Shown: positions 1-8,081 of the stretch, piece by piece
Layout of the letters: the number at the start of each line of letters is the position of its first letter
Numbering within the stretch: the stretch's first letter is position 1
IMG/VR virus record: IMGVR_UViG_3300037307_000067
Span: 1-31,676 of that record
DNA from: a virus
Taxonomy: Duplodnaviria; Caudoviricetes
Direction: 5' to 3' (one strand)
Length of the DNA stretch: 31,676 nucleotides
The notes under the pieces: model-generated
The model's input: only the letters and a program-made list of their open reading frames with translations
What the model was told of the DNA's origin: nothing
Databases searched by the model: none
Program-made: the position numbers and the translations under genes

Positions 1-102
1 GATGATTAGCGGCAGGAGCGGCGGCGGGGGCTTGAGTAAGGCGGCCAGGCGGGGCAAGGCGCACCAGCAATTAGAACAGCGTTTAGTGGATAGGTGGATA
101 AC

Positions 103-192
103 ATGACGGGCGACCCGGCGACTGATGAAGCGATTTTGGGTTTTATCGTAGCCGCGATCCTACTTTTGCTTTGTGCGATGGCTGGGCGATGA
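103..192 (+). CDS. Small membrane peptide (29 aa)
   Basis: MTGDPATDEAILGFIVAAILLLLCAMAGR; AGGTGG upstream; stop overlaps next start (ATGA at 189-192). Not in the ORF track. Confidence 0.55.
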   Translation: MTGDPATDEAILGFIVAAILLLLCAMAGR

Positions 193-566
193 ATAGGACT
201 TACCAAGTTTGGATTCCGGGCGAGTTGCCTTCCAGGAATGAATCCGAGCTTGTAGCCAGGAATTGCAAGTTTGGTGCTGGGGCCCTCAAAAAGAAGCATA
301 CCAACCGAGTTTCGATGTGCTGCCTCCGGGTGCGGCAGATCGGATGGGTGCCGTTTGACCGGTATCGGGTTAGGTTTGATTTCCGATGCAAAGACAAGCG
401 GAAAGACCCCGACAACATCTTGGGTGGGATCAAATATCTCCTGGATGGGATTGTCCAGGCTGAGATAGTGGCCGGTGACCGCTGGGCGAATGTTCTTGCG
501 ATTGAAACGATCTGGGCGGTGGACAGGGATGAGCCGGGCGTCCTGGTGACGCTGGAGGAGGTGTGA
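189..566 (+). CDS. rusA: RusA-like Holliday junction resolvase
   Basis: Motif DPDNILGGIKYLLDGIVQAEIVAGD matches RusA D-x-D-N...K...D...D; about 125 aa; ATG at 189 coupled to upstream stop. Confidence 0.85.
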   Translation: MNRTYQVWIPGELPSRNESELVARNCKFGAGALKKKHTNRVSMCCLRVRQIGWVPFDRYRVRFDFRCKDKRKDPDNILGGIKYLLDGIVQAEIVAGDRWANVLAIETIWAVDRDEPGVLVTLEEV

Positions 567-568
567 AA

Positions 569-730
569 ATGGACATGACCGACTGTGTGTTTGAGTTGGA
601 ACGGTGCAGGCGCAGGATCGCGGAGCTGGAGGCCGAGAACGACGACATCGCCGGGTTTGAAAATGCGCTCGCTGTTCTGGCCCCAGGTGCACACGGCGAG
701 GGTGGAAAAAGTGAAGTGCCAAAATCCTGA
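569..730 (+). CDS. Hypothetical protein, short coiled coil (53 aa)
   Basis: MDMTDCVFELERCRRRIAELEAEND...; strong GGAGGAGG SD upstream; fills the gap after rusA. Confidence 0.6.
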   Translation: MDMTDCVFELERCRRRIAELEAENDDIAGFENALAVLAPGAHGEGGKSEVPKS

Positions 731-884
731 TTGCAACGGGTCCGAGTGCATCTTCAACAACGGCGGGGAGAATTACTGGATATGCCCGAAGTGCGGATGG
801 ATATGGGAGGTCGCCAGCTGGGAGGGCCGGTTCTGGAGGCGCTATTTCGAGCTTTACGGCAAAGATGAAGACTCAGACGAATAA
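711..884 (+). CDS. Small zinc-ribbon protein
   Basis: GTG start; CQNPDC...CPKCG cysteine pairs; 3' part of track ORF 585..884. Confidence 0.6.
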   Translation: MKCQNPDCNGSECIFNNGGENYWICPKCGWIWEVASWEGRFWRRYFELYGKDEDSDE

Positions 885-1194
885 AAAAGAGCATCGACGC
901 CTTTGGCAAAGAGCAACGCGGGAGAGGCGCAGGGCCGCCGGTTTATGTTGTGACTGTAATGCTCCGGCTGAAGACGGAAAAACAAGGTGTAAAAAGCATA
1001 ATTGCGAAAACTGCCAACACCATGCGCGATACATTCGCAAAAAGCCCTGGTTGAGGGCCAAACTTCAACGCAGGCAAAGGGCGCGTTTAAGGTCTGTTGG
1101 GTGTTGTATCCGGTGTTCTGTGCCGCTTGACCCGGACATGGACGGCGGGTTTGTGAAGTGCCTTAATTGCAGGGAGAGGATTTATGAGAGCTGA
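865..1194 (+). CDS. Basic Cys-rich putative zinc-binding protein
   Basis: Two similar units (GLCCDC...GKTRC and GCCIRC...GFVKCLNC) separated by Arg-rich helices. Confidence 0.7.
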   Translation: MKTQTNKKEHRRLWQRATRERRRAAGLCCDCNAPAEDGKTRCKKHNCENCQHHARYIRKKPWLRAKLQRRQRARLRSVGCCIRCSVPLDPDMDGGFVKCLNCRERIYES

Positions 1195-2068
1195 CTTATT
1201 TATTCCCAGGCTGCCAGATAATTTCAATCTGTTTCTCATGGGTGATAGCCAATGGGGCAACGTGGGCGTCCATGAGAAGGGCCTGGACAGGGCTTTCGAC
1301 ATGGTTAATTCGGAGTACCGTGGATGTAAGGCTAATTATGTCTGTTGGATGGGCGATTCAATAGACGCAATCACCGTAAACGATAAGCGGTTTGCCTTTG
1401 ATACCACTCTGCCGAAGCTGTCATTTCTCCGTAACCAGATAGACCACTCGATTAGCCGTCTTAAAGCGATCAAAAAGCAGTTAGTTGTGGTTCTCAAGGG
1501 CAACCACGAGCATAAGTGGGTTTCGATTTACGGCGATATAGGGGCCGAGATCGCCAGGGCGCTTGGGTGTGAGTATGGGCAATATGTCTGCATCCCGCAC
1601 CTATTGCGGCGCAAGGACGGGGCTCTTATCGCGCGGCTGTTTCTGCATCATGGGTTTGGTGTTCTGAGATCGGCGGCCAAGGACAGCGTACAGGCAACAG
1701 CAAATATGCGGGCCGCGCTAAAAAACAAACTGCAACACCTGTTCGCCGGGGCCGCTCTCATGGCGATGGGCCACACCCACCATCTGCTTATCGTCCCTCC
1801 CGATGACGGCTTGCAGTTGGTTACGGACGGCGGCGAGGTGCAGCAGGTTTATCCGCATACAGATGGGGTTGCGATAGTGAACCAGGCTGCAAGGATCATC
1901 CCGCCCGAAAGCCGCTGGTACGTCAACACCGGATCGTTCCTTCGGCTCTATTCGCCGGACAGCACCGGATATGCCGAGATGAAGGGGATGCGGCCTGTGG
2001 AGCTTGGGTTTGCGGTTGCTACGATCAGGGATTGCAGGATCAACAAGGTTTACAAGGAGGTGGTGTGA
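1184..2068 (+). CDS. Calcineurin-like metallophosphoesterase
   Basis: Ordered motifs GDSQ, GDSID, GNHE, HHG, GHTH. Confidence 0.88.
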   Translation: MRADLFIPRLPDNFNLFLMGDSQWGNVGVHEKGLDRAFDMVNSEYRGCKANYVCWMGDSIDAITVNDKRFAFDTTLPKLSFLRNQIDHSISRLKAIKKQLVVVLKGNHEHKWVSIYGDIGAEIARALGCEYGQYVCIPHLLRRKDGALIARLFLHHGFGVLRSAAKDSVQATANMRAALKNKLQHLFAGAALMAMGHTHHLLIVPPDDGLQLVTDGGEVQQVYPHTDGVAIVNQAARIIPPESRWYVNTGSFLRLYSPDSTGYAEMKGMRPVELGFAVATIRDCRINKVYKEVV

Positions 2069-2376
2069 TGGTCGATAAGTCTGGTCAAGAGCCAGGCATG
2101 ACAGGGCAATACAGTAAGCGAGGAGGGATACAGCCGATTGATTTTATCGTATCTAACAACTTGAATTTTTTGGAGGGCAGTATTGTAAAGTACGTTTACC
2201 GCTACCCATTCAAGGGCGGCGTTGAGTCGTTGCGTAAGGCTCAAACTTATTTGGCATGGTTGATTGCGTCTTTAAGGGAGGAAGTGTGTGATTGCGGAAA
2301 TAAAGAAGTGTCTGTATCAATGGCTGAAACCAGAGCGTCAGGGGCCGCGGAGGGCCGGGACGGGGAATTGCAGTGA
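2068..2376 (+). CDS. DUF3310-family phage protein
   Basis: GGIQPIDFI...FLEGSIVKYVYRYPFKGGVESLRKAQTYL signature; AAGGAGG SD and TGATG coupling. Confidence 0.85.
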   Translation: MVDKSGQEPGMTGQYSKRGGIQPIDFIVSNNLNFLEGSIVKYVYRYPFKGGVESLRKAQTYLAWLIASLREEVCDCGNKEVSVSMAETRASGAAEGRDGELQ

Positions 2377-2467
2377 TTGTATCCCTGACAAGGACAACGA
2401 GCGGTGCCCGGACTATTGCCCGGTTGAGGTGAGCGAGGGGGAGGTACGGGACAAGGCCGAAACTTAA
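2288..2467 (+). CDS. Small Cys-rich hypothetical protein (59 aa) overlapping the DUF3310 gene
   Basis: GTG start after AGGGAGG; MIAEIKKCLYQW...CSDC...CPDYC...AET*. Below the ORF track cutoff. Confidence 0.55.
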   Translation: MIAEIKKCLYQWLKPERQGPRRAGTGNCSDCIPDKDNERCPDYCPVEVSEGEVRDKAET

Positions 2468-2505
2468 CTTTAACTTTGGGGGATTGCAACGGGAGTAATC
2501 GGGAT

Positions 2506-2697
2506 ATGATTTGCCCTAAATGCGGAGTGGATTCGTTCCGTGTGAAAAAGACCGTCCCTTACTACGACTCCACAGGGTTTCATTGTATCGTAATCCGTCA
2601 CCGGAATTGTTTTTCGTGCGGATATGAGCAGAAAACGCCGGAAATGATAGAAAGAGAGGTGAAAGACCAGAAGACACAGGTAGCCGCAGAGTGTTGA
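2506..2697 (+). CDS. NrdR-N-terminal-like zinc ribbon, putative transcription regulator
   Basis: MICPKCG...RVKKT...IRHRNCFSCGYEQKTPE resembles MxCPxC...RRRxCxxCxxRFTTxE; no ATP-cone domain. Confidence 0.7.
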   Translation: MICPKCGVDSFRVKKTVPYYDSTGFHCIVIRHRNCFSCGYEQKTPEMIEREVKDQKTQVAAEC

Positions 2698-2723
2698 CTA
2701 AAAAAGAAATTTGATCTTAACTT
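2694..2723 (+). promoter_or_regulatory. Putative sigma70-type promoter upstream of the late operon
   Basis: TTGACT (2694-2699), 18-nt AT-rich spacer, TAACTT (2718-2723). Confidence 0.5.
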
Positions 2724-2774
2724 TAAACATGATCGGGATGGCTGCAACCGTCCCTCTGAACCTCCCTCACATCA

Positions 2775-2811
2775 GTAGCCCCGCTGGCAGCCCCCGGCGG
2801 GGCTACGTTTA
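2775..2811 (+). terminator. Strong hairpin, putative intrinsic terminator/attenuator
   Basis: GTAGCCCCGCTGG / CCGGCGGGGCTAC 13-bp stem (one G-U), 6-nt loop, then GTTTA (short U tract). Confidence 0.6.
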
Positions 2812-2829
2812 CCAAGGGGAGATTTTGAA

Positions 2830-3657
2830 ATGAGAAAGCACCTGGATGAGCCGATTGTAAGACTTTTTTTCGTTATCTTGTTTTTCTTCTGTATCCTTCT
2901 GGTAAGGGCCTTTTCTGACCCTGACAGCCACATAGCGACTGTGGCTGCCACCGAAGAAAAAGACAAGGCCAAGGAAGAGCAATCTATTTGCCCGGTGACG
3001 AAGATCAAGGATAATTCCAAGTGCGGTGACTGTCATTTGGTGGTCGTTGACCAGGGGAAGCCGCGTTGGGGATTAAAAGAGTTCGACCCGCATAAGCAGT
3101 TCAATTACCCCTGCATGAATTTCAGGTTTGACGAGGAAAACGGGCAGCGGATCGCCAGGCTGCTGTTGTCAGAAATATCCTCCTACGAAATCGAGCGTTC
3201 GTTCGTTTACCTCCAAAGCCACCCCGAAGTAAAGAAGTTCATTATCGAGCTGCAAAACACCGGCGGGTCCATGTTCGCCATGTGGCGCATTATCGGTTTG
3301 ATGGACGCCTACAAGGCCAAGGGGAACGTGATTGAAACGCGGTGTCATGGGTTTGCAGCTTCGGCGGCTTTCATTCTTTTCGTGAACGGGACGAAAGGCT
3401 ACCGGCTGGCAAGCCCGGAGGCGCTGTTCATGTGGCATGAGGTAATGTCTTTCAGCTTCCTTGAGATCAAGACGCCGAGTTCAACGGAGGACGAGGCCGC
3501 CGTGATGCGGAAGTTCCAGAACACGGCCCATTGTTGGCTGGCGGCCCGCGCAAAGGTCAGCAAGGAAAAGATAGACGAGAACGTGCGGAAGCGCGAATGG
3601 TGGTTGACCGGCGCGGAAATGATCGAGTTCGGGTTTGCCGACGGCCTGATTAAATGA
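2830..3657 (+). CDS. Membrane-anchored/exported ClpP-like (peptidase S14) protein with CxxCH motif
   Basis: N-terminal hydrophobic helix; CGDCH; ClpP motifs NTGGS, GFAASAA (Ser), FMWHE (His), REWWLTGAEMIEFGFAD. Confidence 0.85.
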   Translation: MRKHLDEPIVRLFFVILFFFCILLVRAFSDPDSHIATVAATEEKDKAKEEQSICPVTKIKDNSKCGDCHLVVVDQGKPRWGLKEFDPHKQFNYPCMNFRFDEENGQRIARLLLSEISSYEIERSFVYLQSHPEVKKFIIELQNTGGSMFAMWRIIGLMDAYKAKGNVIETRCHGFAASAAFILFVNGTKGYRLASPEALFMWHEVMSFSFLEIKTPSSTEDEAAVMRKFQNTAHCWLAARAKVSKEKIDENVRKREWWLTGAEMIEFGFADGLIK

Positions 3658-3658
3658 A

Positions 3659-4093
3659 ATGGCTGGCAAGAAGGGAAATCGAGGGCGGCCTACTAAGCTC
3701 GGCCCTCTGTATTTAAAACAGGCGATGGAGCTTGCTGCGTTGGGTAAGACCCAAAGCGAAATTGCCGAAGCCCTTGAAATCAACATCAGAACAATCTCCA
3801 ACTGGCTCAAGCGGCACCCGGCTTTTAAGCGGGCGATCCAGGCAGGCAAGGGGCTGGCGAACGCCAAGGTTGAGCGGGCCTTGTTTGAAAGGGCGACCGG
3901 CTACGAGCACCCGGAGGACAAAATCTTTTTGGGCAAGGACGGTCAGCCGGTGATTGTGCCGACGATTAAGCATTACCCGCCAGACACGGCCGCTGCGATG
4001 GCCTGGCTTAAAAACAAAGATCCTGAGAACTGGAAGGACAAGCAGGACATAGAACATTTGGGCGAGATTGTTATAGCTTGGGAAAGCCAATAA
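3659..4093 (+). CDS. terS: Terminase small subunit
   Basis: GRPTK start, HTH, ALFERATGY...KHYPPDTAAAMAWLKN...W motif; directly upstream of TerL. Confidence 0.9.
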   Translation: MAGKKGNRGRPTKLGPLYLKQAMELAALGKTQSEIAEALEINIRTISNWLKRHPAFKRAIQAGKGLANAKVERALFERATGYEHPEDKIFLGKDGQPVIVPTIKHYPPDTAAAMAWLKNKDPENWKDKQDIEHLGEIVIAWESQ

Positions 4094-5394
4094 TCATTCC
4101 GTACAAACCAAGGCCGCTTCAACTCAAGATGCATCAAGGGCTTGAGTCAAGGCGGTTTTCCGTTGTTGTTGCCCACCGACGTTTCGGCAAAAGCGTTGCT
4201 GTCGTAAACCATCTGATAAAACAAGCCCTTTTATGCAAGCGTCAAGATCCGAAATATGGCTATATAGCGCCATACCGCAACCAGGCTGAAAACATTGCCT
4301 GGATGTATCTCAAGCGTTACTCCGCGCCGATCCCTGGCGTTAAAACCAATGAACAGAAACTAGAAATCGCCTTACCCAACAATGCTAAGATCAGGATTTT
4401 TGGCGCGGATAACCCGGATGCCTTGCGCGGTATGTATTTTGATGGCGTTGTGATGGATGAGGTGGCGCAGATGAAACCGGATGTATGGGAGGAAATCATA
4501 CGTCCGGCGCTTTCGGATCGACTGGGGTGGGCTGTTTTTATTGGAACTCCCAAAGGGATTAACACATTTCACAAACTTTATCAAGACGCTATTGTTGACT
4601 CTGAGTTGTGGTACACGGATCTTTTTGACGTTGAGCATACCGACGCGCTTGACCATAAAGAAATCGAGTTAATCAAGCGGCAGCAGACGCCGAACAAGTT
4701 TCGGCAAGAGTATATGTGCGACTTCAGCGCGGATGTTGAAGACGCCATTATCCCGCTGAACCTGATTATCGACGCCTATGGAAGATCGCTGCATCAGGAC
4801 ACCTACCGTCATGCCCCGGTTGTGATGGGTGTTGATGTCGCCAGGTTTGGCGATGACAAGTCGGTTATTTACACGCGCAAGGGCCTGGCAACGCTTGAAA
4901 TCAAAAAGTACGTTGAGCTTGATCTTTACCACTTCTCCGAAAATGTGATGGCGGCGATTCACCGGCATGTTCCGGACGCCGTTTTTATCGACGATGTTGG
5001 TGTCGGGGCCGGAGTGGTGGACATCTGCCGGTCCAGGCAGTTCCAGGTGTCCGGCATCAACGGCGGCGGCAAGGCTTCAGACGAGATGTTTGCCAATAAG
5101 CGGGCAGAGATGTGGTGGAAAATTAGAGAATGGATGGAGGCCGGTGGTTCCATCCCGCAGGATACGGAGTTGCGGCAAGAACTGGCGACACCAACCTACA
5201 CCTATGACCCCGCAAACCGCATCCGGCTTGAGAAGAAAGAGGACATGAAGGAACGCGGCCTGAAATCGCCTGACATCGCTGACGCTCTGGCGCTCACCTT
5301 CGCGCAGCCGGTAGCCAAGCGGAAGCCGGAATGGTTGCAGCCGCTTGAGAAAAACAAAAAGCAGTACGATCCGTGGGCCGTGCTTAACGCATAG
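4078..5394 (+). CDS. terL: Terminase large subunit
   Basis: Walker A HRRFGKS, Walker B VVMDE, coupling motif IGTPKG, nuclease GVDVARFGDD and SPDIADAL; TTG start uncertain. Confidence 0.96.
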   Translation: MGKPIIIPYKPRPLQLKMHQGLESRRFSVVVAHRRFGKSVAVVNHLIKQALLCKRQDPKYGYIAPYRNQAENIAWMYLKRYSAPIPGVKTNEQKLEIALPNNAKIRIFGADNPDALRGMYFDGVVMDEVAQMKPDVWEEIIRPALSDRLGWAVFIGTPKGINTFHKLYQDAIVDSELWYTDLFDVEHTDALDHKEIELIKRQQTPNKFRQEYMCDFSADVEDAIIPLNLIIDAYGRSLHQDTYRHAPVVMGVDVARFGDDKSVIYTRKGLATLEIKKYVELDLYHFSENVMAAIHRHVPDAVFIDDVGVGAGVVDICRSRQFQVSGINGGGKASDEMFANKRAEMWWKIREWMEAGGSIPQDTELRQELATPTYTYDPANRIRLEKKEDMKERGLKSPDIADALALTFAQPVAKRKPEWLQPLEKNKKQYDPWAVLNA

Positions 5395-5409
5395 CCATAG
5401 GAGGTATAA

Positions 5410-5853
5410 ATGGGTTGGGGCAGTATTGGCGGGAAAGTGTGGGACAAGGGAAAAGACCTTGGCGGCAAGGTTTGGAGCGGCGGGAAAAAAATTGGCGAAA
5501 AGGCGCTTTCCAAAAGCGGCCTTCTTGCGCTTGGCGGCGGTGCAATGGGTATGCCGTGGCTGATGACCGATGAAGGAAAAGAGGTCGGAAAGGGCTTGGC
5601 AAACCTTGTAACCGGCGGATACATCAGCCAGCAGGAGGCGTTGGCGCAGGCGGAACGTGCCAGAAAGCAGAGCAAGGATCAGTACAGGAATGAAATAGAC
5701 CGTGCAAATGCAGCAGCCCGTAAGCTGGAACAAGAGGAAGAGGAGCGCAAGCGGCTGTTGGCCTTGCAGGGAACGCAGGCCCCGCAGACGCTTTCAGGCT
5801 CTTACCTCGGGGTGCTTGGAAGCCCTAACGTCCGAAAATCGGTTTTGGGGTAA
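5410..5853 (+). CDS. Small virion-associated protein upstream of portal
   Basis: AGGAGG SD; Gly/Lys amphipathic N-terminus, coiled coil, KSVLG end; position like the small pre-portal genes of podoviruses. Confidence 0.7.
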   Translation: MGWGSIGGKVWDKGKDLGGKVWSGGKKIGEKALSKSGLLALGGGAMGMPWLMTDEGKEVGKGLANLVTGGYISQQEALAQAERARKQSKDQYRNEIDRANAAARKLEQEEEERKRLLALQGTQAPQTLSGSYLGVLGSPNVRKSVLG

Positions 5854-5859
5854 ACAGAC

Positions 5860-7569
5860 ATGCCGACCGACAACCTTGTTGCCGACTCTTCCGCCTACCA
5901 GGGGTTTTCGGCTTTCAACAGCGAAAACGATCGCTATTCGCGCAACTGGAAGCAGCTGGATCAGCAGTTTATTGAATGGCAGTCGGTTTACAAGGAGATC
6001 GCCGACTACATCGCCATTGGCCGAGGGCGGTTCATCGCTCAGGGGGAGCAGCCGAACAAAAAAACGCGGGCGGCGAGCAAGGTTATCAACAACACGGCAA
6101 CCGACGCCCTTCACATGCTTGGGGCCGGTCTGCACGGCGGCCTATCTTCTCCTGCGCGTCCGTGGTTTCAGTTGCAGTTTGTTGAACCGGGGATGAACGA
6201 CTTTGCATCATACCGTGAGTGGCTGGATGACTGCGAAAAGGTGATGTACGCCGCGTTCAAGCGGTCGAACTTCTACACGGTGGTTCACTCGCTTTACGAG
6301 GAGATCGGCGCTTTCGGCACCGGGTGCATGTTCATTGACGAAGACCCGGCGATGTCCGTTCTTTTCACGGCGTTTACGGCAGGCGATTACCGATTCAGCA
6401 TCAGGGCCGACCAGAAAACGCATGTCTTCTACCGCAAGTTCAAGATGCAGGCTTGCCAGATGGAGCAGGAGTTTGGGCGGGAGAATTGCAGCGATAAGGT
6501 GATAAACCTGCTCCGCAATAACCCGTATGATTGGCGGGAGGTGGTGCATTGCATCGAGCCGAACGCCGATTACGAGCAGGACCGGCAGGGCAGCTTTCCG
6601 TTCCGGTCTGTCTATTACGAGTGGGCCGAGCCGGTTAAAAGGCTGAGCGATACGGGCTACTTTGAAATGCCGGTGGCGACTCCCAGGTGGCAGGCGCTTC
6701 CAAACGAGGCTTACGGTTGGGGGCCGGGCCTGGAGGCGCTAAACTTAGTCAAGGCGATTCAGCGCATGGAAAAGCAGCGGTTCCTGGCTTCTGACAAGAT
6801 GCTTGATCCGCCGCTTGCAATGCCTCCGTCCATGAACGACAGGATGCTGGATTTGTCTCCTGGCGGGCGAAACATCTTTGACGAAGCCGGTGACCGCAAG
6901 CCTTACGCGCTGGTGGATGTGCCGCCGAAAGTGCTTGAGTTGTACGGCATGAACATCCGCGAGGCGGAAGATAAAATTCGCCGGATGTTTTTCAACGAGC
7001 TTTTCCTGATGATTGCCAACACCAGCGACACCGGGCGCATGACGGCTACCGAAGTGGCAGCCAGGCAGGAAGAGAAAATGCTGATGATCGGGCCCACAGT
7101 CGAGCGGCTGGAGTATGAGTTTCTTGATCCGATTGTCGAGCGTGTTTTCAACATCCTGATGCGGGGCGGTAAACTGCCGCCGCCGCCGGCTGAGCTTTCA
7201 CAGGCCGAATACAAGGTAGAGTACATCAGCATCCTGGCCCAGGCGCAGCGGCTGATTAACTCGCAGAGCATGAACGCTTATCTTGGCATTGCCGAGCGGG
7301 TGGCGGCGATTGACCCCAATAGCATCACTAAGACCGATTGGGACAAGTACCTTGAGGAAATGGGCAACACGGTGTCCCTGCCGTCCAAGGTGTTGCGATC
7401 GGACGAGGACGTGGAGGAGATCCGGGCCGCCGCGGCCGAGAAGCAGGCCGAGTCTGAGCATCTGCTTAAAACCAACGCAGCCTATGAAAACGTCAAGACC
7501 CTTGGAGAAACACCGACCACAGACGGCAGCAACGCCCTGGCCGACTTACAGAAAGACATGGGCGCATGA
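5860..7569 (+). CDS. Portal (head-to-tail connector, T7 gp8/BPP-1-like)
   Basis: 569 aa; SPARPWF, FGTG, PRW...YGWGPG, MTATEV...EEK...GP..ERL motifs. Confidence 0.95.
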   Translation: MPTDNLVADSSAYQGFSAFNSENDRYSRNWKQLDQQFIEWQSVYKEIADYIAIGRGRFIAQGEQPNKKTRAASKVINNTATDALHMLGAGLHGGLSSPARPWFQLQFVEPGMNDFASYREWLDDCEKVMYAAFKRSNFYTVVHSLYEEIGAFGTGCMFIDEDPAMSVLFTAFTAGDYRFSIRADQKTHVFYRKFKMQACQMEQEFGRENCSDKVINLLRNNPYDWREVVHCIEPNADYEQDRQGSFPFRSVYYEWAEPVKRLSDTGYFEMPVATPRWQALPNEAYGWGPGLEALNLVKAIQRMEKQRFLASDKMLDPPLAMPPSMNDRMLDLSPGGRNIFDEAGDRKPYALVDVPPKVLELYGMNIREAEDKIRRMFFNELFLMIANTSDTGRMTATEVAARQEEKMLMIGPTVERLEYEFLDPIVERVFNILMRGGKLPPPPAELSQAEYKVEYISILAQAQRLINSQSMNAYLGIAERVAAIDPNSITKTDWDKYLEEMGNTVSLPSKVLRSDEDVEEIRAAAAEKQAESEHLLKTNAAYENVKTLGETPTTDGSNALADLQKDMGA

Positions 7570-7901
7570 TTGATGACTACGACAGCCGACAAGACGCTTC
7601 CAACGAAAAAAGGCGCAAGGCGCTTGTCGAGGAAGAAAACCACCGGATCATCTTACAGCGGGTGTTCGGTTCGGACGATGGAGCCTACGTCCTCCGATGG
7701 CTGCTTGACCTTTGTGGTTATTGGGCCAGCAGCTTTCCTACTGAGCGGGCGTTTGGCAAATTCGAGTTGGGACGAACTGTTTTCAATCAGCTTTGCCTGG
7801 TCGATTTGAGCATTATCAACGCCCTGCTTGACCGCAGGCGGCAGCAGGCCGAGGCGGTGAGGATCGAAGAACGAAAGCGAATAGAAAGCAAGCGACTATA
7901 A
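7566..7901 (+). CDS. Conserved post-portal protein (Bbp19-like)
   Basis: VFGSDDGAYVLRWLLDLC pattern; ATGA coupled to portal. Confidence 0.7.
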   Translation: MIDDYDSRQDASNEKRRKALVEEENHRIILQRVFGSDDGAYVLRWLLDLCGYWASSFPTERAFGKFELGRTVFNQLCLVDLSIINALLDRRRQQAEAVRIEERKRIESKRL

Positions 7902-8035
7902 TGCCTGACGAAAAGATAGAATACCTTGAATTGAAAAATAATCTTTACAAACAGGTTGTGCAGGATTTGGAGTATGTCATTAATTTGCAGCGTGAGATTA
8001 TTGACGATCTGTTGAAAGAAAGAAAAAGTAAATGA
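7901..8035 (+). CDS. Small coiled-coil hypothetical protein (44 aa)
   Basis: MPDEKIEYLELKNNLYKQVVQDLEYVINLQREIIDDLLKERKSK; TAATG coupling; AT-rich. Confidence 0.55.
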   Translation: MPDEKIEYLELKNNLYKQVVQDLEYVINLQREIIDDLLKERKSK

Positions 8036-8081
8036 CCCTTGAAGAAGTTGTTTCCATTATAGCCAAATGGAGGAAGCAGCA

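Noticed and set aside
6-760. 238-aa and 186-aa minus-strand ORFs
   Set aside because: Overlap well-supported, coupled plus-strand genes including rusA.
4078-4093. GGGAAAG slippery heptamer in the terS/terL overlap
   Set aside because: The G GGA AAG phasing is in the terL frame, not the terS frame, so it would not produce a TerS-TerL fusion by -1 shift.
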